DNA from: Archangium sp.
GTDB lineage: Bacteria; Myxococcota; Myxococcia; Myxococcales; Myxococcaceae
Direction of reading: 5' to 3'
DNA length: 63,764 bases
Assembly: GCA_030681645.1 (NCBI GenBank)
Contig: JAUXRX010000045.1
Coordinates: forward strand, 1-63,764
Positions 18,910 through 30,453 of the stretch are shown here, piece by piece. The notes beneath the pieces are model-generated. The model had not been told where the DNA came from, made no database searches, and worked only from the letters and a program-made list of their open reading frames with translations. A program made the translations under genes and the position numbers. How positions within the stretch are numbered: the first letter of the stretch is position 1; each line of letters starts with the position of its first letter.

Positions 18910-19365
18910 ATGTTGCGAGAGACGGAAGAAGGCGATCTCCCCGCGCTCTACGAGCACCAGCGCGATCCCGAGGCCGCGCGCATGGCCGCGTTCACCCCGC
19001 GGGACCTGCCCGCCTTCCTCCATCACTGGCGCACGCGGATCCTCGGTGACCCGCGCGTTCGCGCCCGCACCATCGTCGTCGACGAGCGCATCGCGGGCTT
19101 CGTGTCGTCGTGGACCCAGGGCGAGGCGCGCCTCATCGCCTACTGGGTCGCACGTGAGCACTGGGGGCGCGGCGTCGCCACCGCGGCCCTCGCCGAGTTC
19201 GTCGAGCGGGTGGACCCCATGCGACCGCTCGACGCGTTCGTCGCCACCTCGAACCATGGCTCCGTCCGCGTGCTCGAGAAGTGTGGGTTCGGGCTGGTGG
19301 CGGGCTCGGCCGAGACGGGGCCCGACGGCGTCGAAGAAGTGCGCTACCGCCTCGGCTCTCCCTGA
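18910..19365 (+). CDS. GNAT family N-acetyltransferase
   Basis: The acetyl-CoA binding motif WVAREHWGRGVATAAL (R/Q-x-x-G-x-G/A) is present, and the protein is about 150 aa. Confidence 0.8.
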   Translation: MLRETEEGDLPALYEHQRDPEAARMAAFTPRDLPAFLHHWRTRILGDPRVRARTIVVDERIAGFVSSWTQGEARLIAYWVAREHWGRGVATAALAEFVERVDPMRPLDAFVATSNHGSVRVLEKCGFGLVAGSAETGPDGVEEVRYRLGSP

Positions 19366-19393
19366 CCTCGGCCAAAGGTGCGAGGCTCTCCCC

Positions 19394-20002
19394 ATGACGC
19401 ACGAGGTGCGCTTCCAGCCGGAGTTTCGTGCGCGCCTGCTCGACTTCGAGTTCGCCACCCTCGAGCGCGAGCAGCACAGCGTGTTCGCGCTCTCCCCCGC
19501 GCTGGCCCTCGTGTACTTCAACCCCGCGTACTGCGGGTTCGCCGCCAGCAACCACGGTGAGGCCGTGCTCACGAAGTTCCCCGTGGGCGCCAGCCTGCTC
19601 GACGCCGTCAGCGGTGAGCTGAGGCCCTTCTACGAGCAGCGCCTGGCGACCGTGCGCGCCACGCACACCGCCTGGCACCACGACTACGAGTGCTCGAGCC
19701 CGGACACGTTCAGGGCGTTTCGCCAGAGCGTGTACCCGCTCGCGAACGGCCTCGGCTTCGTCTTGATCAACAGCCTCAAGGTCGAGGCGCCGATGCAGAC
19801 GCGGGGCCTCGAGGCCCACGCGCCGCTCGACGAACGCTACCTGCAGCAGACCGGGCTGTTCACCCAGTGCAGCAACTGCCGCCGCACCAGGCGCAACGAC
19901 GGCTCGGAGCAGTGGGACTGGGTGCCGCGCTACGTGAGCGAGAGGCCCGGCAACACCAGCCACTCCATCTGCCTGCCCTGCCGGGACTACTACTGGCGGT
20001 AG
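19394..20002 (+). CDS. hypothetical protein with C-terminal Cys4 zinc-ribbon-like motif
   Basis: The ATG at ~19394 gives MTHEVRFQPEF.... The C-terminus is CSNCRRTRR...CLPCRDYYWR. Confidence 0.5.
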   Translation: MTHEVRFQPEFRARLLDFEFATLEREQHSVFALSPALALVYFNPAYCGFAASNHGEAVLTKFPVGASLLDAVSGELRPFYEQRLATVRATHTAWHHDYECSSPDTFRAFRQSVYPLANGLGFVLINSLKVEAPMQTRGLEAHAPLDERYLQQTGLFTQCSNCRRTRRNDGSEQWDWVPRYVSERPGNTSHSICLPCRDYYWR

Positions 20003-20024
20003 TCGTCCCGGCGGGCGTCCCTGC

Positions 20025-21071
20025 TCAGGCCTGAACGGTGAGGGGCTTCTGAATCAGCGACACCTTGTAGGTGTCGGTGCCGTCCACCATGTTGTCGTAG
20101 AGCTTGGTGCCGGGATTGCGCGAGAAGTTCTTCAGCGCGATCTCCGCCAGCTCGCGGCGCTTGCCGCCCAGCATGGGGATCTTGAAGCCGTGGAACGCCT
20201 TGATCAGCTGCTCCACGTACGAGTCGATGCGCGCCTTGTCTTCGTCGCGCGCCCTGACCGCTTCCTTCGTCACGTCGCACGTCTCGAGCACCTTGAAGCC
20301 GATGCTGTGCAGCAGATCGAAGCACGGCTTCCACGTCGACTCGGGGATGGCGTTGCCCCACACCAGGAAGCCGCCCGGCTTGATCATCCGGTACGCGGTC
20401 TTGAAGAAGCGCTCGTCTTCTTCGGTGGCGCGGCCCGGCATCTCGGTGACGTGCGTCTCGTTGACCGCCACGAAGTCAGCCGAGCCGTCGGGAATGGTGA
20501 GCTTCGTCGCGTCGCCGCACGTCGCCACCAGCCGGCCGTTGAGCTCGGGCACGAACTTGCGCTTGCACGAGTTGATGCCCGCCTGCTGCATGTCGACCGC
20601 TTCGTACGTGCAGGTGGGGATGATCTTCGAGCAGATCAGGTGCGCGCCCGCGCCCGTGCCGCAGCCCATCTCGACGATGTGCACCTTGCCGTCCTTCGAC
20701 TTGATGTACTCCTTCACGAGATCGAAGTGGTACAGGCCGGCGTACGCGTTCTTCCCCATCAGCTGCGGGTCGCTCGGCGAGATCGGCCCCGGGCCCCACG
20801 ACGCCGGCCAGGTGTATCCCCAGGTGTTGAAGGTGAACTCGTACGGCTCGCCGTTGCCCGAACGCACCGTGCCCATCGAGCGGTAGAGCGCGTAGAGCAG
20901 CGAGTAGATGGACGTCTTGTCGTAGTCGTCTTCGGCGATGTCGCCGTTCTTCAGGTCGATCTTCTGCTTCGGCTCGACCATCGCGCTCATCACCCACGCG
21001 CCGACGATCAATTGGAGCTGCGTCTTCGAATAGTCGGACTTGTTGCTCAATGCGGTCAGGAGATCCATGTG
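20025..21071 (-). CDS. class I SAM-dependent methyltransferase
   Basis: The SAM motif I is VEMGCGTGAG. The start is taken at MDLLTALSNK. Confidence 0.8.
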   Translation of the reverse strand, partial: HMDLLTALSNKSDYSKTQLQLIVGAWVMSAMVEPKQKIDLKNGDIAEDDYDKTSIYSLLYALYRSMGTVRSGNGEPYEFTFNTWGYTWPASWGPGPISPSDPQLMGKNAYAGLYHFDLVKEYIKSKDGKVHIVEMGCGTGAGAHLICSKIIPTCTYEAVDMQQAGINSCKRKFVPELNGRLVATCGDATKLTIPDGSADFVAVNETHVTEMPGRATEEDERFFKTAYRMIKPGGFLVWGNAIPESTWKPCFDLLHSIGFKVLETCDVTKEAVRARDEDKARIDSYVEQLIKAFHGFKIPMLGGKRRELAEIALKNFSRNPGTKLYDNMVDGTDTYKVSLIQKPLTVQA

Positions 21072-21167
21072 CACCTTGGAATGGGGGAAACAGCAGCAGC
21101 TGTGACGTGAAGTGGCGGGGCGGCTCACGAAAGGAACGTGAATCGCTACCGACGCGACGCGGGCACC

Positions 21168-22850
21168 TTACAGGCGGTTGTCGAGCATGAACAGCCAGTC
21201 TCCGGTGATCGCCGCGTACGTCAGAGACCCGCTCACCATCGCCCCGCACACGCCCGCCGAGAACGAGTCCTGCCCGGTCAACCAGAGCCCCTCGATGGGG
21301 GTCTTCGGCCGGAGCCAGTGGGTGTCGCGCGTGAAGTGATCTCCCGAGGGCTCGATGCCCAGCGAGCAGCCTCCCCATGCGCGCGGGTTGCAACCCACCG
21401 GAACACCGACGTGCAGCGAGACCGGCTTCTTGTCCTTCAACACTGGCATGTGACGGTGAACCAGCTTCATCATGTTGTCGCGCACGCCCGCGTCGAAGGC
21501 CGGCCGGAACGACGGGTCTTCCCGGTAGCGCTTGACCCAATTGGCGGGCGCCTCGGCGAGCACGGTCACCGTCGACTTGCCGGGGCAGCGTTCGCGGTAG
21601 ACCGGGTCGCGCGCCGACGGGCTGAGCAGGTAGCCGCCCATGCCCTCGAAGCGCATCTCGCCCTTGTAGACCATGTCGGCAGCGTCGAGATCGTACGGGT
21701 CGACGCCCTCGTACGAGGGCATGTGCCAGACGATGTGTTTGGGCAGGTCGATCTCTTCGTCGTAGCCGAGGAACAGGTAGCACATGGCCGGGCTGGGGCC
21801 GGTCTGCTCGAAGCGCTTCGCGTAGCCGTGCTTCTCCCGCTCGGCCTCGGGCAGCAGCTCCATGAAGGTGACCCACGCCGACGCGTCGCTGATCACCAGC
21901 TTGCTGCGCACCTCGGTGCCATCGGCGGTGCGCACGCCCACCGCGCGGCCGTTCTCGATGAGGATCCGTTCCACCGGCGTCGACACGGCGAGCTGGCCAC
22001 CCGCCGCCTCGACGATGGGGATGACGCAGTTGGCGATCTGCGAGGGGCCGCCCACCGGGTAATAGGCTCCGTCGCGGTAGTGGTAGAGGTTGGCCGAGTG
22101 GAACGCGAAGGGCGAGTGCTGCGGCGTGCGCCCGTGGTTCCCGTACATGTACGAGAAGATCGCCGCCAGCCGCTTGGAAAAGCCCAGCTCGCCCATGAAC
22201 ACGTCGGCGGTGGTGCGGTGCATGTACTTGCGCCACTTGCCGCCCAGCGTGGCGTAGAACGCCTCTCTCGCGCTCTCGGGCACCCAGGACGGCGCCATCT
22301 TGGTGATGGCCCACGACCAGGCGTCGAACTGAATCTTCTCCTCGAGGTCGTAGTACTTGCGAACGTTGCCTTCGCCCGGGAACTTCTTCTCGACCCACTC
22401 GATGTTCTTCTCGGGCGACGAGTACCACCAGAACGTCTCGTCGCCGAAGGTACAGGTCTCGTGTCCGTCGGGCATCTTCGCCCACTCGAGCTGGCCGCCG
22501 GTGATGAAGTCGGCCGTCGCGCGGAACAGGCCGCGGCCCACGCGCGGGTCCATGTCGCCGATGCTGTCGACGCCGCTGTTGTATTCGAAGCCGTCCAGCT
22601 CGTGGCAGTGCGTCGAGCCCCCCGGCACCTTCTGGTGCTCGAGCATGAGCACCTTCATGCCCCGCTTCTGCGCCAGCGTGCTCGCGATCGACAGGCCGCC
22701 GATGCCTGTGCCGATCACGATGGCGTCGGGGTTCTCCATCAGCTTCGCGGGCTTCGCGTAGCGCTTCGAGGCGGGGTTTGCGGTGGTGAGGTACGCCGGT
22801 CCGCGATTGGGTTTTCCGGGCGTGTAGAAGAGTTCGGCGTCGGTCTTCAT
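21168..22850 (-). CDS. FAD/NAD(P)-binding oxidoreductase, phytoene-desaturase (CrtI)-like family
   Basis: The dinucleotide-binding motif is DAIVIGTGIGGLSIASTL, and the protein is about 520-560 aa. The alternative start MENPDAIV is possible. Confidence 0.8.
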   Translation of the reverse strand: MKTDAELFYTPGKPNRGPAYLTTANPASKRYAKPAKLMENPDAIVIGTGIGGLSIASTLAQKRGMKVLMLEHQKVPGGSTHCHELDGFEYNSGVDSIGDMDPRVGRGLFRATADFITGGQLEWAKMPDGHETCTFGDETFWWYSSPEKNIEWVEKKFPGEGNVRKYYDLEEKIQFDAWSWAITKMAPSWVPESAREAFYATLGGKWRKYMHRTTADVFMGELGFSKRLAAIFSYMYGNHGRTPQHSPFAFHSANLYHYRDGAYYPVGGPSQIANCVIPIVEAAGGQLAVSTPVERILIENGRAVGVRTADGTEVRSKLVISDASAWVTFMELLPEAEREKHGYAKRFEQTGPSPAMCYLFLGYDEEIDLPKHIVWHMPSYEGVDPYDLDAADMVYKGEMRFEGMGGYLLSPSARDPVYRERCPGKSTVTVLAEAPANWVKRYREDPSFRPAFDAGVRDNMMKLVHRHMPVLKDKKPVSLHVGVPVGCNPRAWGGCSLGIEPSGDHFTRDTHWLRPKTPIEGLWLTGQDSFSAGVCGAMVSGSLTYAAITGDWLFMLDNRL

Positions 22851-23061
22851 TGACCTCGGCCGATACCGGAATTGGGGATGTCAGGAATTGATCGGCGACA
22901 ACGCTTGCCGCGCCCCCGGCGCAGAATCAGCAGCAGGCCGAGCAGGGTGAGGGCGTTTCAGCGCCCTCGATTGACGATAACCTGACTCACTCTCAGGGGG
23001 TTCCATGGTGGACAAGCGGGGCTCACGCCCGGTCGTCAGGCGGAAGATGGGCGGGGACTGA

Positions 23062-23550
23062 GTGCTCGCCCTGGTGGGAGGAGCGCTGGCGCTGCTGGGC
23101 GTGGTGTCGCTGGGCCGCACGCTGGCATCGGCGGGCAGGCGCAAGGGCACCGACTCGTGGCCCGTCGTGCCGGGCGTCATCGTCGCCTCGTCGGTGCAGA
23201 GCGGCGATCGCGCGCTGACCGTCAACGTGCCAGAGCTGAACCCGGGCACCGGCCGCGGCCCACGCGTGCACGTGCCGCGCGTGCAGTACCGCTACCGCGT
23301 CGGTACGCACGACTTCACCTGCGACCGCGTGGAACAGGCGGTCACCACCTACTCGGCCGAGGCGATGGCGGTCGCCGTGGTCAGCCGCTACCCCGTGGGG
23401 GCGACGGTGCGCGTCGCGTACGATCCCGCGAACCCGGCGTCGGCTGTGCTCGAGGTGGAGAGCTCAGGCGTCGCGCGCGACCTGGCGGTGGGGGCGCTGC
23501 TCGTCTTCGTCGGCGGAGGCCTGCTGCTCGGCTCCTTCCTCTTCGGCTGA
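23062..23550 (+). CDS. DUF3592-like membrane protein
   Basis: It has an N-terminal and a C-terminal TM helix flanking a soluble beta-rich segment, with a typical YRY core. Confidence 0.55.
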   Translation: MLALVGGALALLGVVSLGRTLASAGRRKGTDSWPVVPGVIVASSVQSGDRALTVNVPELNPGTGRGPRVHVPRVQYRYRVGTHDFTCDRVEQAVTTYSAEAMAVAVVSRYPVGATVRVAYDPANPASAVLEVESSGVARDLAVGALLVFVGGGLLLGSFLFG

Positions 23551-23802
23551 GCAAGGGTGTCGTCGCCGGGGCAACAGGAGGGCACGCCTCACCTGCTCCA
23601 GGGCCTGCATCGCCTGTTGCCTCAAGGGTCACGGTTTCTCCGGGGCCGAGAAACTCCGCCCTCGTTGCTCTTCGAGCGCTGCGGGTGGCACAGGCACGCG
23701 CAGGCGAAGGCAGCGCAGGTTCCAGCAATCGCGACGGTCTGCCGCTGGCACCAGCCGTGAAGAGGACCCGGGCACGACGTTCACTTCTTCCCGGAGAACC
23801 CG

Positions 23803-24393
23803 ATGCCCCGCCGCCTGCAAAGCTGGTCCGACAAGCCCCTCCCCACCCGAGTCCCCGTGCCCACCAACACCGCCATCGGCAGGCAGATCGCCTCGCTCGT
23901 CCCCGCCGGCGCGGTGCGGCTGGGCCGGTCCGAGGAGCGGGGCGTGGAGGTCGTCGAGACGACCGACACGTTCGATCTCAACGGCGACGGCCGGGCCGAC
24001 GCGCGCCTCCGCACGACGAGCCGCCTCGGCGTCGTCGACAGGGTGATGCTGGAAGTCGAACGCCCCGCGGCCGACCGCCGCCAGGCCTGGTTCGCTCCCG
24101 GGAACGGCAAGGTCGATTCGTTCTTCGATGGCAACGACACCAACGGCACCTGGACCCGGGACGAAGACCGTGACGGGCGCGTCGACGCGGTGCTGATGAC
24201 GGGCGCCGACATGGGGTCCTTCACCCTGGACGGCCATACCGGCCGGCCGATCGATGACCGGGGCCAGCCCATCCCCGTGGAGTCGGGCAAGCTCCCGGCC
24301 GCCATCTTCGCGCGGGGCTTCGACGACACCGACGGCGACGGCAGCTTCGATCAGGAGTTCGTCGGTGGGCCGTGGTGGATCAAGGAGCAGTGA
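23803..24393 (+). CDS. hypothetical protein with Asp-rich Ca-binding-like motifs
   Basis: It carries DLNGDGRAD, DTDGDGSFD and DEDRDGRVD loops, which are EF-hand or thrombospondin-type-3-like. Confidence 0.45.
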   Translation: MPRRLQSWSDKPLPTRVPVPTNTAIGRQIASLVPAGAVRLGRSEERGVEVVETTDTFDLNGDGRADARLRTTSRLGVVDRVMLEVERPAADRRQAWFAPGNGKVDSFFDGNDTNGTWTRDEDRDGRVDAVLMTGADMGSFTLDGHTGRPIDDRGQPIPVESGKLPAAIFARGFDDTDGDGSFDQEFVGGPWWIKEQ

Positions 24394-24394
24394 G

Positions 24395-24943
24395 TCAGCG
24401 CCAATCGCGCAGCGGCACGCGCTCGGCCACGGCTTCCTGCTCGAGGCGGCGCAGGGCGCGCTCGGCCTGCTCCCGCTCGGTGCGGCGCACCTGCAGCGCG
24501 GTCACCATCGCGCCGGTGGCCGTGCCCCGGCGGCATTGCTGCGCGGTCTGCTCGTCGTGGGCCTCGGCGATGACCCGGCCCCGGCGGCGGCTCAGCACGC
24601 GGGCGCTCGCCTTCGCCGTCGCGGTGACGCAGAGCTCGCGCTCGGCTTCGTACACGTCGCGCTGCGCGGCGCTCTCGAGCGCCTGGCTCGCCTGCACCGC
24701 GAGCCGCGCCTGCTCGAAGCGCGCTCGCCACCACGCCGAATCGTCTGCGCGCGAACCCCCATCGGCCAGCACGACGGGCCGGCCATCTGCGTCGATGACG
24801 GAATAGCCGCGCCCTTCGAGCACCGTCGCCCCGTGCGGGGCCTGGTTCGAGGCCACCACGTGCACCACGCCGTGCACGTCGGTCCACATCGAGAGGCCGT
24901 CGAAGCCCTGGGCCAGGGTGATGAGGAGCAGCGCGGTGTTCAC
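24395..24943 (-). CDS. hypothetical protein
   Basis: It is a 182-aa ORF convergent with the previous gene. No domain was recognised. Confidence 0.35.
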   Translation of the reverse strand: MNTALLLITLAQGFDGLSMWTDVHGVVHVVASNQAPHGATVLEGRGYSVIDADGRPVVLADGGSRADDSAWWRARFEQARLAVQASQALESAAQRDVYEAERELCVTATAKASARVLSRRRGRVIAEAHDEQTAQQCRRGTATGAMVTALQVRRTEREQAERALRRLEQEAVAERVPLRDWR

Positions 24944-25024
24944 GGGCCGCTCCGACGGGCGGCGCGGCGCGTTATTCAGCGTGCGCGGGGGCGCGGGCTG
25001 GTTTCACTGGTACCATGCGCGCCC

Positions 25025-26440
25025 ATGAGGCTTCGCGCCGCGCTCGGTGGGTTGTTGCTCGCCGCGGGGTGTGGGCCGGTGATCGATCTCGACGACGCCG
25101 GGCCTCGCATCGACGCGGGGTTCTTCGTGTTCGACGCGGGCCAGCCGGTGGACGCTGGCACGGACGCCGGCGTGGTCGAGCCGGACGCGGGCGTCGACGC
25201 GGGCCCCGATGCGGGCGTGGTCGATGCGGGCCAGCCGGTCGACGCGGGCTTCTCGGTGCTGCGCTACCCGTCGGGCCGTACCCAGTCGCCGCTCACCGCC
25301 GAGGTGGCGGCGCACCTGCGGTCCATCGCCGCGCTCTCGCCCTTGAGGAACGCCGCGGTCTTCTCGAAGATCGGCGACTCCAACACGGTGAACACGAACT
25401 ACCTCGGGTGCTTCGCCGGCGCGGGGGTGGACCTGTCCACGCACACCGCGCTGCAGCCGGCGCTCACGCATTTCCTCGGAGGCATGGTGGGCAGCACCAC
25501 GCCGTTCGATCGCACCAGCCTCTCGGCGACGGTGGGCTGGTTTGCCTCCTCGACACTCGTCGGAATGCCCACGCCGCTGCAGCAGGAACTCGACGCCGCC
25601 TCGCCCCGCTATGCCACGGTGATGTTCGGCACCAACGACGTGGGCCTCGCCGACACGCACACGTTCGGGCGGAACATGTTCACCATCATCGACACGCTCT
25701 CGATGCTGGGCGTGGTGCCGATCGTCTCGGCGATTCCGCCGCGCGACGACAGCGCGACCACCGACGCGTGGGTGCCCCGGTACAACCTGGTGGCGCGCGG
25801 CATCGCGCAGGCCCGGCGGGTGCCCTTCATCGACCTGCACCGCGAGCTGCTCAACGTGCCCGCGCACGGGCTCGGCGCCGATGGGGTGCACCTCAACGTG
25901 TACGTGCCGGGCGCGGTGCGGGGCTGCGCGCTCACGCCCGCCGGGCTGGCCTTCGGTCACAACACCCGCAACCTCGCCACGCTCGAGGGGCTCTCGCGTG
26001 CGTGGGGGGCGGTCAGCTCGGGCACGGCGCCTGACGCGACGGCGCCGCGCATTCAGGGCACCGGGCTGCGGGGCGACGAGATCGTGATCAACTCGCTGCC
26101 CTTCGTCGACGTGCGTGACACGCGCACGGACGGCGCGGCGCGCATCGACTCGTACCCGGGCTGCGCTTCGGCGGCGAACGAGAGCGGGCGCGAGGTGCTG
26201 TACCGGCTCGAGCTGGCGCAGCCGACGAACGTGCGCGTGTTCGTGGTGTCACTGGGGACGGCCGACATCGACGTGCACCTGATGAGCGACACGACGTCGG
26301 GGCAATCGTGCGTGGTGCGCAACGACAAGTTCTTCGTGCGCCAGCTCGCCGCGGGCACGTACTGGCTGTCGCTCGACACCTATCAGTCTGCGGCGGGGGT
26401 GCTGCCCGGCGAGTACCTGGTCGGAGTCATCGCGGAGTGA
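25025..26440 (+). CDS. SGNH/GDSL-family hydrolase lipoprotein with DAG-repeat linker and C-terminal beta domain
   Basis: MRLRAALGGLLLAAGCG carries a lipobox, followed by (DAGxxVDAG)n repeats. SGNH blocks SKIGDSNT, FGTNDV and DGVHL are present. Confidence 0.7.
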   Translation: MRLRAALGGLLLAAGCGPVIDLDDAGPRIDAGFFVFDAGQPVDAGTDAGVVEPDAGVDAGPDAGVVDAGQPVDAGFSVLRYPSGRTQSPLTAEVAAHLRSIAALSPLRNAAVFSKIGDSNTVNTNYLGCFAGAGVDLSTHTALQPALTHFLGGMVGSTTPFDRTSLSATVGWFASSTLVGMPTPLQQELDAASPRYATVMFGTNDVGLADTHTFGRNMFTIIDTLSMLGVVPIVSAIPPRDDSATTDAWVPRYNLVARGIAQARRVPFIDLHRELLNVPAHGLGADGVHLNVYVPGAVRGCALTPAGLAFGHNTRNLATLEGLSRAWGAVSSGTAPDATAPRIQGTGLRGDEIVINSLPFVDVRDTRTDGAARIDSYPGCASAANESGREVLYRLELAQPTNVRVFVVSLGTADIDVHLMSDTTSGQSCVVRNDKFFVRQLAAGTYWLSLDTYQSAAGVLPGEYLVGVIAE

Positions 26441-27532
26441 TTGTCGGGAGAGGGCAAGCCGCTTGCACACCAATCGCCCGTGCTGACCTCCGTCCTGCTG
26501 TTGATCACGAGCCAACTGGTCGACGTCCCGCTCCACAAGTTCAAGGCCTTCGCCGAGCCGAGCACCATCGCGGCCGTGGCCCTGTCGCCCGACGCCCACA
26601 CCGTGTCGGTCTGGACACGCTGGTCAGCGCAGACGCCGTGCATCCGCTGGACCGTCGACGTGCAGACCGGAGCCACCGAAGGCTTCGGTGAAGACGCCTG
26701 CCCCGACATCCCGCTGCCGCCCGCGGTGAAGTGCGAAGCCACGGGCTGCCGCCTGGGCAAGAAGCCGCTGGGAGAGACCACGCTTCAGGGAACTCCGCTC
26801 AGAGAGCAGCTCACCGTGCACCCGGTCGAGCCCGTCATCGCCCTCAACTTCGAGCGCGCGCTCACCTTCGTCTCGAGCGCCGACGGGAAGGTGCTCAGCT
26901 CGTTCAGTCACGCAGGCTTCGCGGTGAAGGGCGTGGCGGCGAGTGAAGGGGAATGGCTGCTCTGGGTGCAGGCGCGCGACGGCGCAGATCACCTGTACCT
27001 CGCGGACACCGCCGAGCTGATCGCCCCGGCCGCCGAGAAGCCGTTCGTCCGCGCGGTCTCGCGCATCCGCCTGCCGTCGTCGTTCGGCTGGAAGCAGGAC
27101 ACGCGGGGGCTCACCGATTCGCCGTGCGACTTCTTCGAGCGCGGCGTGATGGCGGGGGACGACGTGCTCTTCCTCGACTGGCGCGCGGACGCGAAGCCCC
27201 TTTCCCCTCGAGGCGCGAGTTCGCACTTCGATCTCTACGTGCGAGGGCAGGGCAGGCAACTGCAGAAGTGGAAGGTCGACGTCTCCAACCCGACCGCGGT
27301 GGCGGGCCTGCATATCGAGCGCATGCACCTCGCGAAGCAGGGGCGGTGGCGGCTGAAGATCACGCTGCCGTTCCCCATCGACTCCCTCGCGATCGCCGAG
27401 GGTGGCGTGAAGGTGGCGCGGCTTCGCCCCATCGCCTGGCCGCTGAGCACGCGCAGCACCGAGCCGAGCTGCGTGTTCGTCGACGGCGAGCTGCAGCCCG
27501 AGCGCTTCATGCTCGATTCCCTGCTTCGCTGA
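26441..27532 (+). CDS. hypothetical protein (TTG start per track)
   Basis: It is a 363-aa ORF immediately after the previous stop, and it contains one copy of the 20-bp motif in-frame. Confidence 0.4.
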   Translation: MSGEGKPLAHQSPVLTSVLLLITSQLVDVPLHKFKAFAEPSTIAAVALSPDAHTVSVWTRWSAQTPCIRWTVDVQTGATEGFGEDACPDIPLPPAVKCEATGCRLGKKPLGETTLQGTPLREQLTVHPVEPVIALNFERALTFVSSADGKVLSSFSHAGFAVKGVAASEGEWLLWVQARDGADHLYLADTAELIAPAAEKPFVRAVSRIRLPSSFGWKQDTRGLTDSPCDFFERGVMAGDDVLFLDWRADAKPLSPRGASSHFDLYVRGQGRQLQKWKVDVSNPTAVAGLHIERMHLAKQGRWRLKITLPFPIDSLAIAEGGVKVARLRPIAWPLSTRSTEPSCVFVDGELQPERFMLDSLLR

Positions 27533-27582
27533 GGGCGCCCCCCCGCTCGGGGTGCACGGTGATGAGCTCGATCGCGATTCGA

Positions 27583-29562
<1,980 letters not shown>

Positions 29563-29582
29563 TTTCGCCCGGGTCCGCTGGT

Positions 29583-30413
29583 TCAGGGCGGGAGGTCGAG
29601 CGGGCGCCCTGTTCGCGAGAGCTTCGGCCAGGAGAAGTGAATGACCTCGGCGACGCCTTTCACGTCCTCGAGCGGCACCGGACCATTCGAGCGGCTGTCG
29701 AGCGAGTTGTCGCGGTTGTCGCCGAGGGCGAACACGTGGCCCTGCGGCACGTCCCAGCTTCCCGGCAGCGCGAGCTGGCCGGTGATCACGCGCCACCTGT
29801 GCCTTCCGCGTCGCTCGGTGTGGCAGCCGCTGGGCTCTTCCGGCTCGCACGGCCCGGTGGGAAGCGGCGTGCCATTGATCGTCAGGGTCGCGCCGTCCCA
29901 GTCCACGCGATCGCCTTCGAGGCCCACGGCCCGCTTCACGAAGTCGAAGCCGCTCGTCACATCGCGGTAGACGATCACCGAACCGCGCTCCACCGGGTTC
30001 CGGTCGCGATCGGTGAGGACGTAGAACTGGTCTCCGGAGATGAGCGTGGGCCTCATGCTCTCCGCGGGCGTGTTGAACGGGGCGAGCCGGGAGCCAAAGA
30101 GCTGTCCGACGAGGTTGTTGAGCACGAGCACCCCGAGCGTGAACGCCAGCACCGCGGGCCAACGCGCCACCGCCTTGCGAGCGGCGAGGGCGCCGAGCAC
30201 CGCCTGGACGAAGTACGCGCAGACCACCACCACCACCGCGAAGACCACCAGCCACACGAACTTCCGGGGCGCGAAGCTGAAGACGAAGAGCGCGCCCGGG
30301 AGAGGGAGGATCGCCAGCGAGGACGCGATCGCGAGCTGCGGCTTTCCCGCGCGCCAGAACCCGACCCCGGGAGCAAACAACGAGAAGAGAAACCAGCGCA
30401 GGACCAGGAACAC
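29583..30413 (-). CDS. lepB: signal peptidase I
   Basis: It has the SMRPTL (box B Ser) and GDNRDNSLDSR (box E) motifs, plus an N-terminal TM. Confidence 0.85.
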   Translation of the reverse strand: MFLVLRWFLFSLFAPGVGFWRAGKPQLAIASSLAILPLPGALFVFSFAPRKFVWLVVFAVVVVVCAYFVQAVLGALAARKAVARWPAVLAFTLGVLVLNNLVGQLFGSRLAPFNTPAESMRPTLISGDQFYVLTDRDRNPVERGSVIVYRDVTSGFDFVKRAVGLEGDRVDWDGATLTINGTPLPTGPCEPEEPSGCHTERRGRHRWRVITGQLALPGSWDVPQGHVFALGDNRDNSLDSRSNGPVPLEDVKGVAEVIHFSWPKLSRTGRPLDLPP

Positions 30414-30453
30414 GCGGGCACTCTTTCCGCGACGGCGTCCAGCCGCAAGCAGC

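Noticed and set aside
16494-19572. Alternate-frame (+ 646 aa) and antisense (- 1021 aa) ORFs over the MVP gene
   Set aside because: They are low-complexity Arg/Gly/Ala-rich translations, and the MVP frame has clear homology.
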